This document shows, in pieces, positions 1 to 13,090 of a DNA stretch of 64,000 nt. Every line of letters begins with the position of its first letter. The stretch's first letter is position 1. The stretch spans positions 171,122,001 through 171,186,000 of the forward strand of contig NC_086097.1 of assembly GCF_963921235.1 (NCBI RefSeq). The letters are read 5' to 3'. Position numbers and translations under genes: made by a program. The DNA comes from Mobula hypostoma. Taxonomy: Eukaryota. The notes below the pieces were generated by a model. That model searched no databases. It was not told the DNA's origin and saw nothing but the letters and a program-made list of their open reading frames with translations.

Positions 1-935
1 TGTCAATGATTTGAATGACGGAACTTAGTGATTTGTGGCCAACTTTGTGGACGATACTAAGATAGGTGGAGAGGCAGGCAGTATTGAGAAAGAAGGGACT
101 CTGCAGGAGGACTTAGACAGAATAGGATAGTCGACGAAGTGGCAGATGGAATATAGCACAGGTAAACGTGTGGTCATGAACTTTGGTAGAAGGAATAAAG
201 GCAAAGACTATTTTCTAAACAGGGAGAAAATCCAAAAATCAGAAGTACAATGGGTCTTTGGAGTCCTTGTGTAGGAATCCCTGAAGGTTAACTTGGAGGC
301 TGAATTGGTAGCAAGAAAGGCAAATCGGATGTTAGCATTAATTTTGAGAGGACTAGAATATAAAAAGCAAGATATAATGCTGAGTGTTTATAAGACATTG
401 GTCAGACTGCATTATGTTGTGAGCAGTTGTAGGCCCTAAAAAGGTGTGCTGGCATTGGAGAAGGTCTAGAGGAGGTTCGTGAGAATGGTTCCAGGAACAG
501 AAGGGTTAACGTATGAGGAACTTTTATTAACTCTTAGCTTGTACATGCTGGAGTTTAGAAAAATGAGCTGGGAACTTATTGAAGCCTCTCCAATTTTGAA
601 AGGCCGAGACAGAATGGATGTGTCAAGGATGTTTCTGCAGTGGGTGAGTTTAAGAGCACAGGGCACGAAGCGATGTCCATTTAGAACAGCGATAAGTACC
701 AATTTCTTTAGCCAGAGGCTGGTGAATCTTTGAAATTCATTGCCATGTATGGCTGTGGAGGCCAAGTCATTGGGTATATTTAAAGTGGAGTTTGAAAAGC
801 AGTGGGCATCAAAAGTTATGGGGAGAAGGCAGGAGAATGGGGTTGAGAGCATTAATGAATCAGCCATGTTTGAATTGCAGAGCAAACTCAATGAGGTGAA
901 TGGCCTAATTTTGCTCCTGTGCCTTATAGTCTTAT
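1..935 (+). mobile_element. CR1-clade LINE 3' fragment (RT C-terminus + 3'UTR), decayed
   Basis: Begins with a degenerate NDL...FVDDTKIGG RT motif. ORF remnant MRMVPGTEGLTYEE...NFFSQRLVNL; ends in a (CTTAT)-type tail. Confidence 0.9.
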
Positions 936-939
936 AACA

Positions 940-2300
940 AAGCCAAATACAAACGGGAGGAACAACACCTTATATTACATCTGCATAGACTGTTACGTAC
1001 CCCGTAACTGGGTTGCCAAACCAGCAGAAATGGATCACTCAGTTGGAGTCTGGAGTACTAGAACTAAGAAAGTTTTATTAAAGAAACAAGCAACACTAAT
1101 CGAAAGGAAAATAAATGCAACAGTTCAGCAATGATAAACACACATGTGCACAGAATTAAGATAACAGGATCAATCAAGCTCTATCGTTGTCTAGGGGTAA
1201 ATGACCAATTTCAAAGTGACGCAAAGTTCAGTCCAATTTAGTTCAGTTCGCAATAATCGTTGCCGTGGCAATGGACAATGTAGGGGGAAAGAGAGAGAGA
1301 ACAAGAACGAATGATCATTCAAAACGGCTTCCACACACAGACCTGCGATATTGCTCACAAGCAGCTTTCGGGCGAGTCCTTTGTGATGTTATCTGAGATC
1401 ACCGACTGTGACCCCTCCTCCAGATGCAGTTGATCCTCTGCAGTGAACCCGGCACCCAAGCAAGGGTGGACACACACCGGGTTCCCGCTGATCGTACCTT
1501 TCCACCCTGTGCGTCTATGGCTTGGTTCCGCAACAGCCTTCCAAACGACTCCCGCCGACTTGCGGGGGGGGACACCGCTTCCAGGGTCTCGTTACCTCGT
1601 GGTGTCATGTGTGTCTTGCCTTAGCGAACCTGTCCCTTTTTATCCCCCTGCTTGTCCATCACTTCAAATAGTTCAGGGTTCAAAGGGGGAGCCGCTCTAG
1701 ACGGCTCTCTCTCCCGTCCCTTCATTACACATCTCCAAATGCTGTTCCACTGTCTTCCTTATCTCTCTCTCTCCTGAAGACAGGTGGCAGACCAACTGCT
1801 GATCACACAGGACAGCTAACATCTATGTGTATTCTTGTCACAAGACAAACCTGATGACATTAACATCAATGTCCCTAACTTCCAGCAATTTCTTTCCTTT
1901 TCCTCCTCTCTCTCTCTATTTCCCCTCTCAGCTCTTCTCTTCTTCTCATTTGCCCATCATCATCCTCCTGCTCCCTTTCTCCTTCCTTTTCTTCTATGGT
2001 CTACTATCCTCTCCTATTAGATTTCTTCTTCTTTAGCCTCTTATCTTTTCCACCTATCACCTCCCAGCTTCTTACTTTATCCCCCTCCTCCCACCCACCC
2101 ACCTTCTCCTTCACGTACCTCACCTATCACTTACCTGGTTGTGCTCCTTCTCCACCTCTGACCTTCTTATTCTGACTTCTTCCCCCTTCCTTGTCAGTCC
2201 TGATAAAGGCTCTTGGTGCAAAATGCCGACTGTTTAATCCCCTCCCTGGATGCTGACTGACCTGCTGAGTTCCTCCAACATTTTGAATGTGTTGTTCATG
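940..2300 (+). mobile_element. Penelope-like element 3' fragment (GIY-YIG C-terminus, pyrimidine-rich UTR, hammerhead relic), split by a solo LTR
   Basis: EEQHLIL..(952-990) resumes as ..PDDINI (1847-1870). Then a C/T-rich tract, a hammerhead-like motif at 2195-2232 and the GATGCTG..CCTGCTGAGTTCCTCC terminal motif. Confidence 0.75.
991..1842 (-). mobile_element. Solo LTR (Gypsy-like, 852 bp)
   Basis: TGTTAC...GTCACA termini (TG...CA, imperfect inverted repeat) with 4-bp TSD AGAC at 987-990 and 1843-1846. AATAAA on the minus strand near 1075. Confidence 0.85.
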
Positions 2301-2419
2301 GTGCTCTTCTTGAGGTAATCTGACTAGCTTGCATTTGGTTGATACCCCTCTCAACCTTTGGGTAATAACTTGGGTAACCTCTGAGTGACCAGAATTAATT
2401 GCAATCCTCCAGATGCAGC

Positions 2420-3522
2420 AATAGAGTCATAGAGTCAAAGAGTACTACAGCAGGAGTACAGACTTTTTTCTCAACAAGTCCATGCTCACCACATTGTGCA
2501 CCTAAGTTCTAATATCCTGCATTTGGTTCTTATCCCTTTAAGATCTGCCCCTTCATGTACCCATCCAAGACCTGCCTCAACCACTCATCTGACAGCTCGC
2601 TCCATATGCTCAACACCCTCTGTATGCAAAAGTTACTTCTCAGGTCCCTTTTAATTCGTTCCCCTCTCATCCTAAATTTATGCTCCTACACTGGAGCAAG
2701 GCTATTATTATCCATAATATTTGTATCTCTCATAGCTTTAAATATTTTGATTAAGACACCCTTCATTCTCGTAGGTTCCAAGGAACAAATGCCTAGCCTG
2801 GCTAACCTCTCCCTACAACTCTGGCCCTCTAGTCCTGGCAATATCCTCATGAATCTTTTCGGTACACTGTATTCCAAGTGCAGTCTTCACAATGACTATA
2901 CAACTGCAATATCATGTTCCAACTCCTGTATTCAGTGCCTTACCTGACGAAAGCCAGAATACGGATTGACTTTTTCACCACCCTGTCTACCTGTGGTACT
3001 GCTTTCAATGAACTATGCTCTTCCATTCAGAGCACTAGTCCTCTGATGGCTTGACTTTCAAGATGCATGACCTCATACTTATCTGTACTGATATCCATAT
3101 GCCATACCTCTTCCCACTTCCCTAACTGATCAAGGTCCTCCTGTAATCTGCATTAACTATCTTTCCTATCAACAACTCTGTCTAATTTCATGCCATTTGC
3201 AAATTTGGAGATAAAGCCTTGTGCATTCACATCTAAATTATTTATATAAATAGCAAGTAACAAGGGTCCAAACTCTGAACCCTACATCACACCACTAGTT
3301 ACCAGCCTCTATTCTGAGGAACAACCTTCAAACTCTTCCAGGATTCCATGGGACCAAACCTTCCAGACTGGATTTCCATGTGAGACCTTTGTCGAAGGCC
3401 AAATAGACAATATGCAGTGCCCTCCCCACATCTATCCTGTTGGTTACTTCTCTAAAGAACTCTGAAAGATGCGTTAAATATGCCTGCCCATGCATTAGGC
3501 CATGCTGACTCATCCTAATCAG
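2420..3522 (-). mobile_element. CR1 LINE RT/3' fragment, decayed
   Basis: Minus-strand remnants SQHGLMHGQAYLTHLSEFFREVT..AFDK and KRFMRILPGLEG..ERLARLG; (GACTCTAT)-like tail. Confidence 0.85.
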
Positions 3523-3547
3523 ATGCTGTAGTAAAAGCAAGAATGCC

Positions 3548-3800
3548 ATTTACCTGCTCCTATACCTCCACCCTCACTATCATTCAGGGCCCCAAATGGT
3601 CCTTCCAAGTGAGGTGACACTTCACCTGCGAGTCTGTTGAGGTCATCTACTGTATCTGGTGCTCCCGGTGTGACCTCCTGAAGGGTTTTAGCTTGAAACA
3701 TCGACTGTACTCTTTTACATGGATCCTCCCTGGCCTACTGAGTTCCTCCAGCATTTTGTGTGTGTGTTGCTTTGATTTCCAACATCTGCAGATTTTCTCA
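3548..3800 (+). mobile_element. Penelope-like GIY-YIG fragment joined to terminal repeat
   Basis: Translates TCSYTSTLTIIQGPKWSFQVR*HFTCESVEVIYCIWCSRCDLL, then jumps directly into the hammerhead/terminal-repeat segment at ~3678. Confidence 0.8.
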
Positions 3801-4774
3801 TCTAAATGCCATATGCTGGCCTTACATCCATCAATGTTCAGCCATTTACAAGGAACTTTGTCTGTACATCAGCATTATGAAAGGTCCTGTCATTAATTGG
3901 GTGCTTTTCTTTACATTTGATCTTATTAATAATCATTCTAGAGGCCACACACTGGAAGTGGGCAACGGAGTAGACTACATCACAAACTACATATTCTTTC
4001 TGTCCCTCCAGTTACCACCAGCACTGTCCATGGAAGAGTCTCCAGCTCCCTCACTAGCTCCATCAGGTGGCTTAGAAAACAGGAACAGGAGGCATCATAA
4101 ACACAAGGGATCCTGCTGATGTTGGAAAGCTTGAGCAACACTCAAACAATAATTGTTAATTCCCCTCCATAGATGCAGCCTGACTTACTGAGTTCCTTTA
4201 GCATTATCTGTGTGTTGCTCAGGAATGAGAGGGAGTGTCATCGCAAGAGACAGCCAAAAAAGAAGAAAGTCCAGTTATTGAATCTGTAAGTACTGATAGT
4301 GGAGGAGGCAAGCAAGAAAAATAGAGGTATTTCACTCTCCTGCTCAAGGGCATCAGAAGCCCACTACCTGATTTTGGATTTAATGGAACACAGACTTGCT
4401 CAAGCAGGAAAACTTCAAGGTTGCTACTGTCTTGGCATCCATTCAAGACATCTACCTAAATGACCGATCATCCTTGACTCTCATGAAGGACATTTATTTT
4501 TACACTTAAGTCCAAGGATCTCAGAGAAAATTACTTCTTGCAATCAGGAACAAAATGTTGCCAATTGGTTGTCATGGTTTCCATAACAGTTGTATAAGTA
4601 GAGCATTTGTGTGCAAGTTGGCTGCGTATTTGTATTTACACTGAAGCACATTTGTCTGAAGCAATCATCGGATAAATGTGACATAGCAACCAGGTCAGGA
4701 AAAATGCAAGAACATGGACATTCAGAATAACCTTGGGACACCATGTCACAGTATACTAATACCCAAGTATTCTA

Positions 4775-5095
4775 AAGAAAACACTCTCCCCCTTCCCATG
4801 GAACCTTCCAGAACAACTGCAGAAGATGAAACACCTGTCCTTTTCCTTGTGCCTTTTTTACATATCAGATCCTGAGCATTCTTTCCAAGTGATTTATATG
4901 CACGTATTCCAGTTTCTGTAGTTATAAAAAATGTTCCTTAAAATGGTCAAAATAAATGCAAGCTGGGTGATCATTTTGCTCAGTCTACTAGAATGATCTT
5001 GAACTTCTGTTCCCTGCTACTGCTACCTACCATCTTTTTCCTCCTGCTTATTTGCTGTCTATGACCTCCTATAGGTTAACAGAAATCATCTCAGC
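4775..5095 (+). mobile_element. Old Penelope-like GIY-YIG fragment
   Basis: Degenerate similarity to the other GIY-YIG pieces (..GTF..CRR*NTCP.., ..CKLGDHFA). Confidence 0.5.
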
Positions 5096-5244
5096 TGTCA
5101 TCCCTGCAATGAATTCCTCATCATTGTGATTAAGCTAGAGGACGCAGAAAGGATTCACAAGGATGCTGCCAGTATTGGAGGGCTTCAGGTGTAAGGAGAT
5201 GCCTCGAGTGGCTGCCTGGTCATCGAAAGATGAAGCGTGGAAGC

Positions 5245-5680
5245 ATGCCCTTCAGTCCATCAGACACCCATTTAAATTAATCTGGCATCAGTCCCTTTTT
5301 TAATTCACAGTAACTGCCCCTTGATTGAAACACTCACCATACCTCAGGGACAATTTACAGTGGCCAATTAATCCACCAACCCACTAATCTTTCAGAGCAC
5401 CCAGAAGAAATCCATGCTGTTACAGTGAGACCATGTAAACTTTACACTGACGGCATGTGAGGAAGATTTGCTTGTTAAATTGTTGCTCTATTGAGGCAGA
5501 TTTTGTGCAAAGGAGAGGAAATCTTGAGAAATACACCTTTCTGAAGGGAAGGAGCAGTCACAACCGGATGAGTTGGAATTACTGGTTGTTCCCAAAGTAG
5601 AAACTCAATCTTGAAATCTTTAAACCTTATGGTTTACAGGTAAGGTAGTGGCTGTATGTGCTGTGTCACTGTGCTGCCCC
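5245..5680 (-). mobile_element. HE1-like V-SINE, interrupted by a 164-bp local duplication
   Basis: V-domain remnant GAGCACCCAGAAGAAATCCATGC..TGTAAACTTTACAC (5395-5455). tRNA-derived head GGGCAGCACAGTGACACAGC on the minus strand at 5630-5680. Confidence 0.7.
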
Positions 5681-6151
5681 TGTATTCTTGCTTCTATTTC
5701 TTAAACTCTAAGAAAATGTTCTAAGGAGGTTACAAAAGGGTTTAATGATGTTTCCTTGAAAAAATGTTTAGTTATTGTCCACTGCACTCCAATTTAACCA
5801 AGAAAATATATTTTTTATAAAAAGCTATTCACAAATAATTTAAAATCAGGTTTCTTATGAGAGGAAGATTGGCAACGTGATTCCAAATGCAGACTTAAAA
5901 CAAGAATAAACTTAGCTTGATTAATCAAACAGCACATCTTTAAATAGATTAAGGAATTACTTTGTAAAGCACATATTTTAAGGAACATTTGCTTTTTTAA
6001 ATTGTTGCTTTATTGAGGTAGATCTTGTGCAAAGGGTAGGAAATCTTGAGAAATACACCTTTCTAAAGGGAAGGAGCAGTCACAACAGTATGCATTGGAA
6101 TTACTGATTGTTCCCAAAGTAGAAACTCAATCTTGAAATCTTTAAACCTTA
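5466..6151 (+). repeat. Dispersed direct duplication, ~164 bp (5466-5629 vs 5987-6151)
   Basis: The two copies align end to end with scattered substitutions, e.g. the identical block TTGTTCCCAAAGTAGAAACTCAATCTTGAAATCTTTAAACCTTA. Confidence 0.95.
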
Positions 6152-6579
6152 CTGTTTTAAATTATTGGGTTAACATTGTAAAACTTTATTCAAAGTCACA
6201 CTGGCTTCACATGCAATTTCCAAGAGATTTAAACCAATTTTAACAGAATAATTTCGAAACTGGAGCCCATGGTGCATAGATTTTATGCAAAAAATTATGC
6301 CTGTTTTAGTGTGAAAGTGCCCATTTTCAGTGGAAATCTCATGCATTAGGAAATTAGATCAGGCAGTGATTCACTCAGCATAACTGACATGTCTCCAGTG
6401 TTATTCACATATGTGACATAAGCAATATGTGCAACACTCACCTCTGCCTCACTGATGGAAGCTGTGAGTTTTACTCATAGTCAGACAAGGAGAAAAACCC
6501 ACCCAACAAAGAAATCAAGACAGTTCCATTGAAGTTCCGCTCTATGTATCTGCCAACCTCACTTTTTATTGATGGTTTC

Positions 6580-6950
6580 TCAGGATTTTACTGGGATTGG
6601 AGGACCTGATTTATAAGGAGAGACTGGCTAAACTGGGAATTTTTTCTCTTGAGTATAGGAGGTTGAAGGTTGACTCTATAGAGGAATATAAATCATGATG
6701 TGAGAAGGGAAAGATTTAAAAGGGACCTAAAAGAGAATTTTTTCAAATAGATGGTGGTAGATAAATGGAGCAGGCTGCCATGGGAAGTGGTAGAGAAAGG
6801 TCTTAATAAAACTTTTATAAGATATTTTGATAGGTGGATGGAAAGGAAAGGTTTTGAGGTGTATGTACTGCACCAAATGCAGGTAAGTAAGGCTAGCTTA
6901 GATAAGTCAGGCTGAAGATCTGTTCCGTGTTGTATAAGAAACTATGATTC
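6580..6950 (+). mobile_element. Old CR1 3' end
   Basis: GLEDL.YKERL.KLG.FSLE-like remnant followed by a CR1 3'UTR. Confidence 0.7.
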
Positions 6951-7089
6951 ATAGGCAAACCAACACGTTGGAAATCTGAAATAAAATCCGAAAGTTGCTG
7001 AAAATGGTCAATGGTAAGACAGCACCTGTGGATAGAAAAAGAGTTAATGTTCCATGACAATGAACTATTCTGATGAAAGACTGTCAATA

Positions 7090-7705
7090 AAATTGGTAAA
7101 TTAATAAATTGATTTATTATTGTCACATTTACTGAGATGCAGTGAAAAATTCACCTGGCATACCATTCATACAGATCAGTTCATTACAACAATGCATTGA
7201 GGTATCACCAGGTAAAACAATAACAGTGTGCAGAATAAAGTGCTACAGTGACAGAAAAAATGTTGTAGACAATATGGTTCAAAGTCATAAGGAAGTTAAC
7301 TGAAGTTAAGGGTCCGTCTCATCATATAAGGGGGCCGTTCAATATTCTTACAACAGTAGAACAGAAGCTGTCTTTAATTCTGGTAGTCTGTGCTTTCAGG
7401 CTTTTGTATCTTCTGCTTGATGGGAGAGGGGAGAAAAGAGAGTGTTCGGTTTGAGTGGGGTCTTTGACTATGTTGCTCTTTCTGATTGAGGCAGTGAGAA
7501 GTGTGGATGGAATCCATGAAGGGTAGGATTGTTTCCTTGGCGTATTGAGATGAGTCCACACTCTCTGCAGCTTTTTGCACTGACGTGCAGAGTGGTTGCT
7601 ATGCTAAGCCTTGTTGCATCCAGATAGGATGCTTTCTATGATGCATCGATAAAAATTGCTGAGGATCAAAGGGGTGATGCCCAAATCTTTTTAGTTTCCT
7701 AAGTA
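7090..7705 (-). mobile_element. Rex1/Babar LINE 3' fragment
   Basis: SLFSPLPSSRRYKSLKAQTTRIKDSFCSTVVRILN, plus the 3'UTR ending TGACAATAATAAA that recurs throughout the window. Confidence 0.8.
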
Positions 7706-7747
7706 GAGATGATGGTCAAGGCTGATATAATATAGGCAATCTAATCA

Positions 7748-8886
7748 TAGGAAGATTCAATTGTTAGGTATTAATATTGAAGTAGTAAAATGGATTCAGC
7801 AGTGGCTGGATGGGAGACGCCAGAGAGTAGTGGTGGATAACTGTTTGTCAGGTTGGAGTCCGGTGACTAGTAGTGTGCCTCAGGGATCTGTATTGGGTCC
7901 AGTGTTGTTTGTCATATACATTAGTGATCTGGATGATGGGGTGGTAAATTGGATTCGTAAGTATGCAGATGATACTAAAATAGGTGGCGTTGTGGATAAT
8001 GAAGTACGTTTTCAAAGCTTGCAGAGAGATTTAGGCCAGTTAGAAGAGTGGGCTGAAAGCTGGCAGATGGAGTTTAATGCTGATAAGTGTGAGGTGCTAC
8101 ATTTTGGTAGGACTAATCAAAATAGGACATACATGGTAAATGGTAGGGCATTGAGGAGTGCAGTAGGACAGAGTGATCTAGGAATAATGGTGCATAGTTC
8201 CCTGAAGGTGGAATCTCATGTGGATAGGGTGGTGAAGAAAGCTTTTGATATGCTGGCCTTTATAAATCAGAGCGTTGAGTATAGGAGTTGGGATGTAATG
8301 TTAAAATTGTACAAGGCATTGGTGAGGCCAAATTTGGAGTATTGTGTACAGTTCTGGTCACCAAATTATAGGAAATGTCAACAAAATAGAGAGAGTACAG
8401 AGGAGATTTATTAGAATGTTACTTGTGTTTCAGCACCTAAGTTACAGAGAAAGGTTGAACAAGTTGGGTCTTTATTCTTTGGCGCGTAGAAGGTTGAGGG
8501 GGGACTTGATAGAGGTATTTAAAATTATGAGGGGGATAGATAGAGTTGACGTGGATAGGCTTTTTCCATTGAGAGTAGGGGAGATTCAAACAAGAGGACA
8601 TGAGTTGAGAGTTAAAGGGCAAAAGTTTAGGGGTAACATCAGGGGGAACTTCTTTACTCAGAGAGTGGTAGCTGTGTGGAACGAGCTTCCAGTAGAAGTG
8701 GTAGAGGCAGGTTCGAATTTTTGTCATTTAGAAAATTTGGGTAGCTATATGGACAGGAAAGGAATGGAGGGTTATGGGCTGAGTGCAGGTAGATGGTACT
8801 AGGTGAGAGTAAGCATTCGGCATGGACTAGAAGTGCCGAGATAGCCTGTTTCTGTGCTGTAATCGTTATATGGTTATATGGTTATA
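7748..8886 (+). mobile_element. CR1 LINE, 5'-truncated (RT domain + 3'UTR)
   Basis: [48 protein letters not shown]; one frameshift; (GTTATATG)n tail. Confidence 0.95.
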
Positions 8887-9520
8887 GAAGTAGAAGGTGG
8901 GGGGAAGGGAGGAAGAAACACGGGGTAATAGGTGAAACCAGGAGTGGGGAATGGCAAATAAAGAGCTAGGAGATTGATAGATGAAAGAGATACAGGGCTG
9001 GAGAAAGGAGAGTCTGACAGGAGAGGACAGAAGGCCATGGAACAAAGAAAAGGGGGAGGAGCAATAGAGAGAAGTGATGGGCTGGTAAGGAGATAGGGTG
9101 AGAGAGGGAAAAGGGAATGTGGAATGGTGAAGGAAGGTGGGGAGGGGCCATTACTGGATGTTCGAGAGATCAAAGTTCATGCCATCAGGTTGGAGGGTAC
9201 CCAGACGGAATATAAGGTGTTGCTCCTACAACCTGAGTGCGGCCTCATTGTGACAGTAAAGGAGGCTATGGACAGACATGTTGCAATGGGAATAGGAAGT
9301 GGAATTAAAATGGATGGGGTGGCCACCGGGAGATCATGTTTTTTCTGACGAATGGAACATAGGTACTCGGTGAAGTGGTCTCCCAATCTATGTCAGGACT
9401 CACCGATATACATGAGGCCACACTAGGATCACCGGACACCATAGATGACCACAACAGACTTACAGGTGAAATGTTGCCTCACCTGCAAGGACTGATTCAG
9501 GCCCTGATTGGTAGTCAGGA
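8887..9520 (-). mobile_element. Penelope-like GIY-YIG endonuclease fragment + 3'UTR
   Basis: Minus strand reads QVRQHFTCKSVVVIYGVR*S*CGLMYIGES*HRLGDHFTEYL, the IY..YIG motif of GIY-YIG. Confidence 0.85.
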
Positions 9521-10261
9521 AGGAGATGCAACTTGCCCACTCTAACCCTACACCTATGCCCTCCAGTATTAAATATTTCTACCCTAGGAAAAAGGGCTCT
9601 GCTTCTCATAACCTTATGTACTTCTATCAGCTCCGGAGAAGACAATTCAAGTTTATCCAGCCCCCCTGTAGCTGATATTCTCTCATTCAGGCAACATCCT
9701 GACCTGCTGAGCATTTCTTGAACTTCTCTGTATTTTTATTTCAAACTTTTGCTTTTCAGTGCCTCCGGAGGAACCTAGAAACCTGAGGTAAGAACAAGCT
9801 TTCTCAGTTTTAATAAGATTACAGCCAATCCTGAATTCTATATTCCCACCTGCCATCAGTAACCTATCACCTCCTTGCTTATAAAGAATCTATCAAACTC
9901 TACATTAAAAATATTCAAAGGTATCTGGCTTTTGAGGAGAAACTTCTACAACTCCAGGAGAGAAGAAAAAATTGAAAACCCCTCAGGAACTAAGATGGTT
10001 TGAATGGAAGCGTGATTTTACGTAGATCAAAGAGCATGTTGCCTTTTGAAGTTGTAATCATTAACAGGCATTGGTGTCCCAGAGGTTTGGTGACTTTCTT
10101 CATGTTCCTTGCAATGTTGTTAAGGGTGTAATTCCGAATATGGCTATTGGATAGAATGTAAGCGGGGCCAGAGCTGATGGCTGCCTTGGCTCTGTGGACA
10201 GTTTTAGAAAGCTGTGGGATCGAGTTCCACATCAGAGACATGTGGTGAATTACTATGTTCC

Positions 10262-12530
10262 GGGTCAGTCACAGATCTCTCAGTGGGTGAGCATCTGGGC
10301 GACAGTGACCACCGCTCCCTGGCCTTTAACATTATCATGGAAAAGGATAGAATCATACAGGACAGAAAAATTGTTAATTGGGGAAGGGCAAATTATGAGG
10401 CTATAAGGCTGGAACTTGCGGGTGTGAATTGGGATGATGTTTTTACAGGGAAATGTACTATGGACACGTGGTCGATGTTTAGGGATCTCTTGCTGGATGT
10501 TAGGGATAAATTTGTCCTGGTGAGGAAGATAAAGAATGGTAGGTTGAAGGAACCATGAGTGACTAGTGAGATTGAAAATCTAGTCAGGTGGAAGAAGGCA
10601 GCATACATGAGGTTTTGGAAGCAAGGATCAGATGGGTCTATTGAGGAATATAGGGTAGCAAGAAAGGAGCTTAAGAAGGGGCTGAGGAGAGCAAAAAGGG
10701 GGCATAAGAAAGCCTTGGCGAGTAGGATAAAGGAAAACCCCAAGGCATTCTTCATTTATGTGAAGAACAAAAGGATGACAGGAGTGAAGGTAGGACCGAT
10801 TAGAGATAAAGGTGGGAAGATGTGCTTGGAGGGACTGCGGAAGTGAGCGAGGTCCTCAATGAATACTTCTCTTCGGTATTCACCAATGAGAGGGAACTTG
10901 ATGACAGTGAGGACATTATGAGTGAGGGTGATGTTCTGGAGCATGTTGATATTAAGGGAGAGGAGGTGTTGGAGTTGTTAAGATACATTAGGACGAATAA
11001 GTCCCTGGGGCCTGACGAAATATTCCCCACGCTGCTCCACAAGGCAAGGGAAAAGATTGCTGAGCCTCTGGCTAGGATCTTTATGTCCTCGTTGTCCACA
11101 GGAGTGATACTGGAGGATTGGAGGGAGGCGAATATTGTCCCCTTGTTCAAAAAAGGTGGTTGTGATAGTCTGGGTAATTATAGACCAGTGAGCCTTACAT
11201 CTGTGGTGGGAAAGCTGTTGGAAAAGATTCTTAGAGATAGGATCTATGGGCATTTAGAGATCATGGTCTGATCAGGGACAGTCAACATGGCTTTGTGAAG
11301 GACAGATCGTGTCTAACAAATCTGATAGAGTTCTTTGAGGAGGTGACCAGGCATATAGATGAGGGTAGTGCAGTGGATGTGATCTACATGGATTTTAGTA
11401 AGGCATTTGTCAAGGTTCCACATGGTAGGCTTATTCAGAAATTCAGAAGGCATGGGATCCAGGGGAGATTGGCCAGGTGGATTCAGAATTGGCTCGCTGG
11501 CAGAAAGCAGAGGGTCGTGGTGGAAGGAGTACATTTGGATTGGAGGGTTGTGACTAGTGGTGTCCCACAAGGATCGGTTCTGGGACCTCGGCTTTTTGTG
11601 ATTTTTATTAACAACCTGGATGTGGGGGTAGAAGGGTGGGTTGGCAAGTTTGCAGACGACACAAAGGTTGGTGGTGTGGTGGATAGTGTAGAGGATTGTC
11701 GAAGATTGCAGAGAGACATTGATAGGTTGCAGAATTGGGCTGAGAAGTGGCAGATGGAGTTCAACCCGGAGAAGTGTGAGGTGTTTCACTTTGGAAGGAT
11801 AAACTCCAAGGCAGAGTACAAAGTAAATGGCAGGATACTTGGTAGTGTGGAGGAGCAGAGGGATTTTCGGGTACATGTCCACAGATCCCTGGAAGTTGTC
11901 TCACAGGTAGATAGGGTAGTTAAGAAAGCTTATAGGATGTTAGCTTTCATAAGTTGAGGGATAGAGTTTAAGAGTCGCAGGTAATGATGCAGCTCTATAA
12001 AACTCTGGTTAGGCCACACTTGGAGTTCTGTGTCCAGTTCTGGTCACCTCACTATAGGAAGGATGTGGAAGTATTGGAAAGAGTACAGAGGAGATTTACC
12101 AGGATGCTGCCTGGTTTAGAGAGTATGCATTATGGTCAGAGATTGAGGGAGCTAGGGCTTTATTCTTTGGAGAGAAGGAGGATGAGAGGAGACATGATAG
12201 AGGTATACAAGATATTAAGAGGAATAGATAGAGTGGACAGCCAGTGCCTCTTCCCCAGGGCACCACTGCTCAGTACATGAGGACATGGCTTTAAGGTAAG
12301 GGGTGGGAAGTTCAAGAGGGATATTAGAGGAAGGTTTTTCACTCAGAGAGTGGTTGGTGCGTGGAATGCACTGCCTGAGGCAGATACACTAGTTAAAATT
12401 AAGAGACAGCTAGACAGGTATATGGAGGAATTTAAGGTTGGGGGTTATATGGGAGGCAGGGTTTAAGGGTCGGCACAATATTGTGGGCCGACGGGCCAGT
12501 ACTGTGCTGTACTATTCTATGTTCTATGTT
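10262..12530 (+). mobile_element. CR1 LINE ORF2 (endonuclease end to 3'UTR), 5'-truncated pseudogene
   Basis: [41 protein letters not shown]; (TTCTATG)n tail. Flanked by CTATGTTCC at 10253-10261 and 12531-12539. Confidence 0.95.
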
Positions 12531-12769
12531 CTATGTTCCACTAACGATCTGCTGAACTCAGCAGATAGAGCACAATCCATGGCAGGAAAGGAACTGTCCC
12601 AGTTTCTGGTCCAGATGCAAGGTTTTCAACCCAAAGTACTGATATTTTCTTTTCTCCCTCAGATGTTGTCTGATCTGCTGAGTTTCTGCAGCAGATTGTT
12701 GCTCCAGATTCTGCAGTTTCTTGTGCCTCCGCAGTGTATGAGGTTGCAATATTGTCAGAGGGCTTTGCT

Positions 12770-13090
12770 CTAGGAGGCTATTAGGCCCATTGCGTCTATG
12801 CCAGCTCTGAGCATACCTATTGGTCTCATTCGCCAGTTGTTTTTCCCATAACCTATTCTCTCTCATTTACGCATTAGCTACCCCTTACTCCCCTACAGCC
12901 CATCTTCATCGGCAGTAATTTACAGTGGATATTTAACCTACTTACCATCATGTCGTTGGGATGTGGGAGGAAACTAGAGCAAACAGGGAAATGCTTACGG
13001 TCACAAAGAGAACGAGCTAATTCCATACAGTCATCACCTGAGGTTAGGATCAGACCAGGCTCACTGGAGGTGGAAGTGCCACCCTGCTGT
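12770..13090 (-). mobile_element. HE1-like V-SINE
   Basis: TGTGGGAGGAAACTAGAGC..GGTCACAAAGAGAAC V-domain and a CR1-like tail on the minus strand. Confidence 0.7.

Noticed and set aside
3990..4072. Possible exon (TTCTTTCTGTCCCTCCAG acceptor)
   Set aside because: Only a weak donor (GTGGCT), and no partner exons or recognisable peptide.
6436..6465. Minus-strand GAG|GTGAGT donor
   Set aside because: No adequate polypyrimidine acceptor; a 20-nt exon is unsupported.
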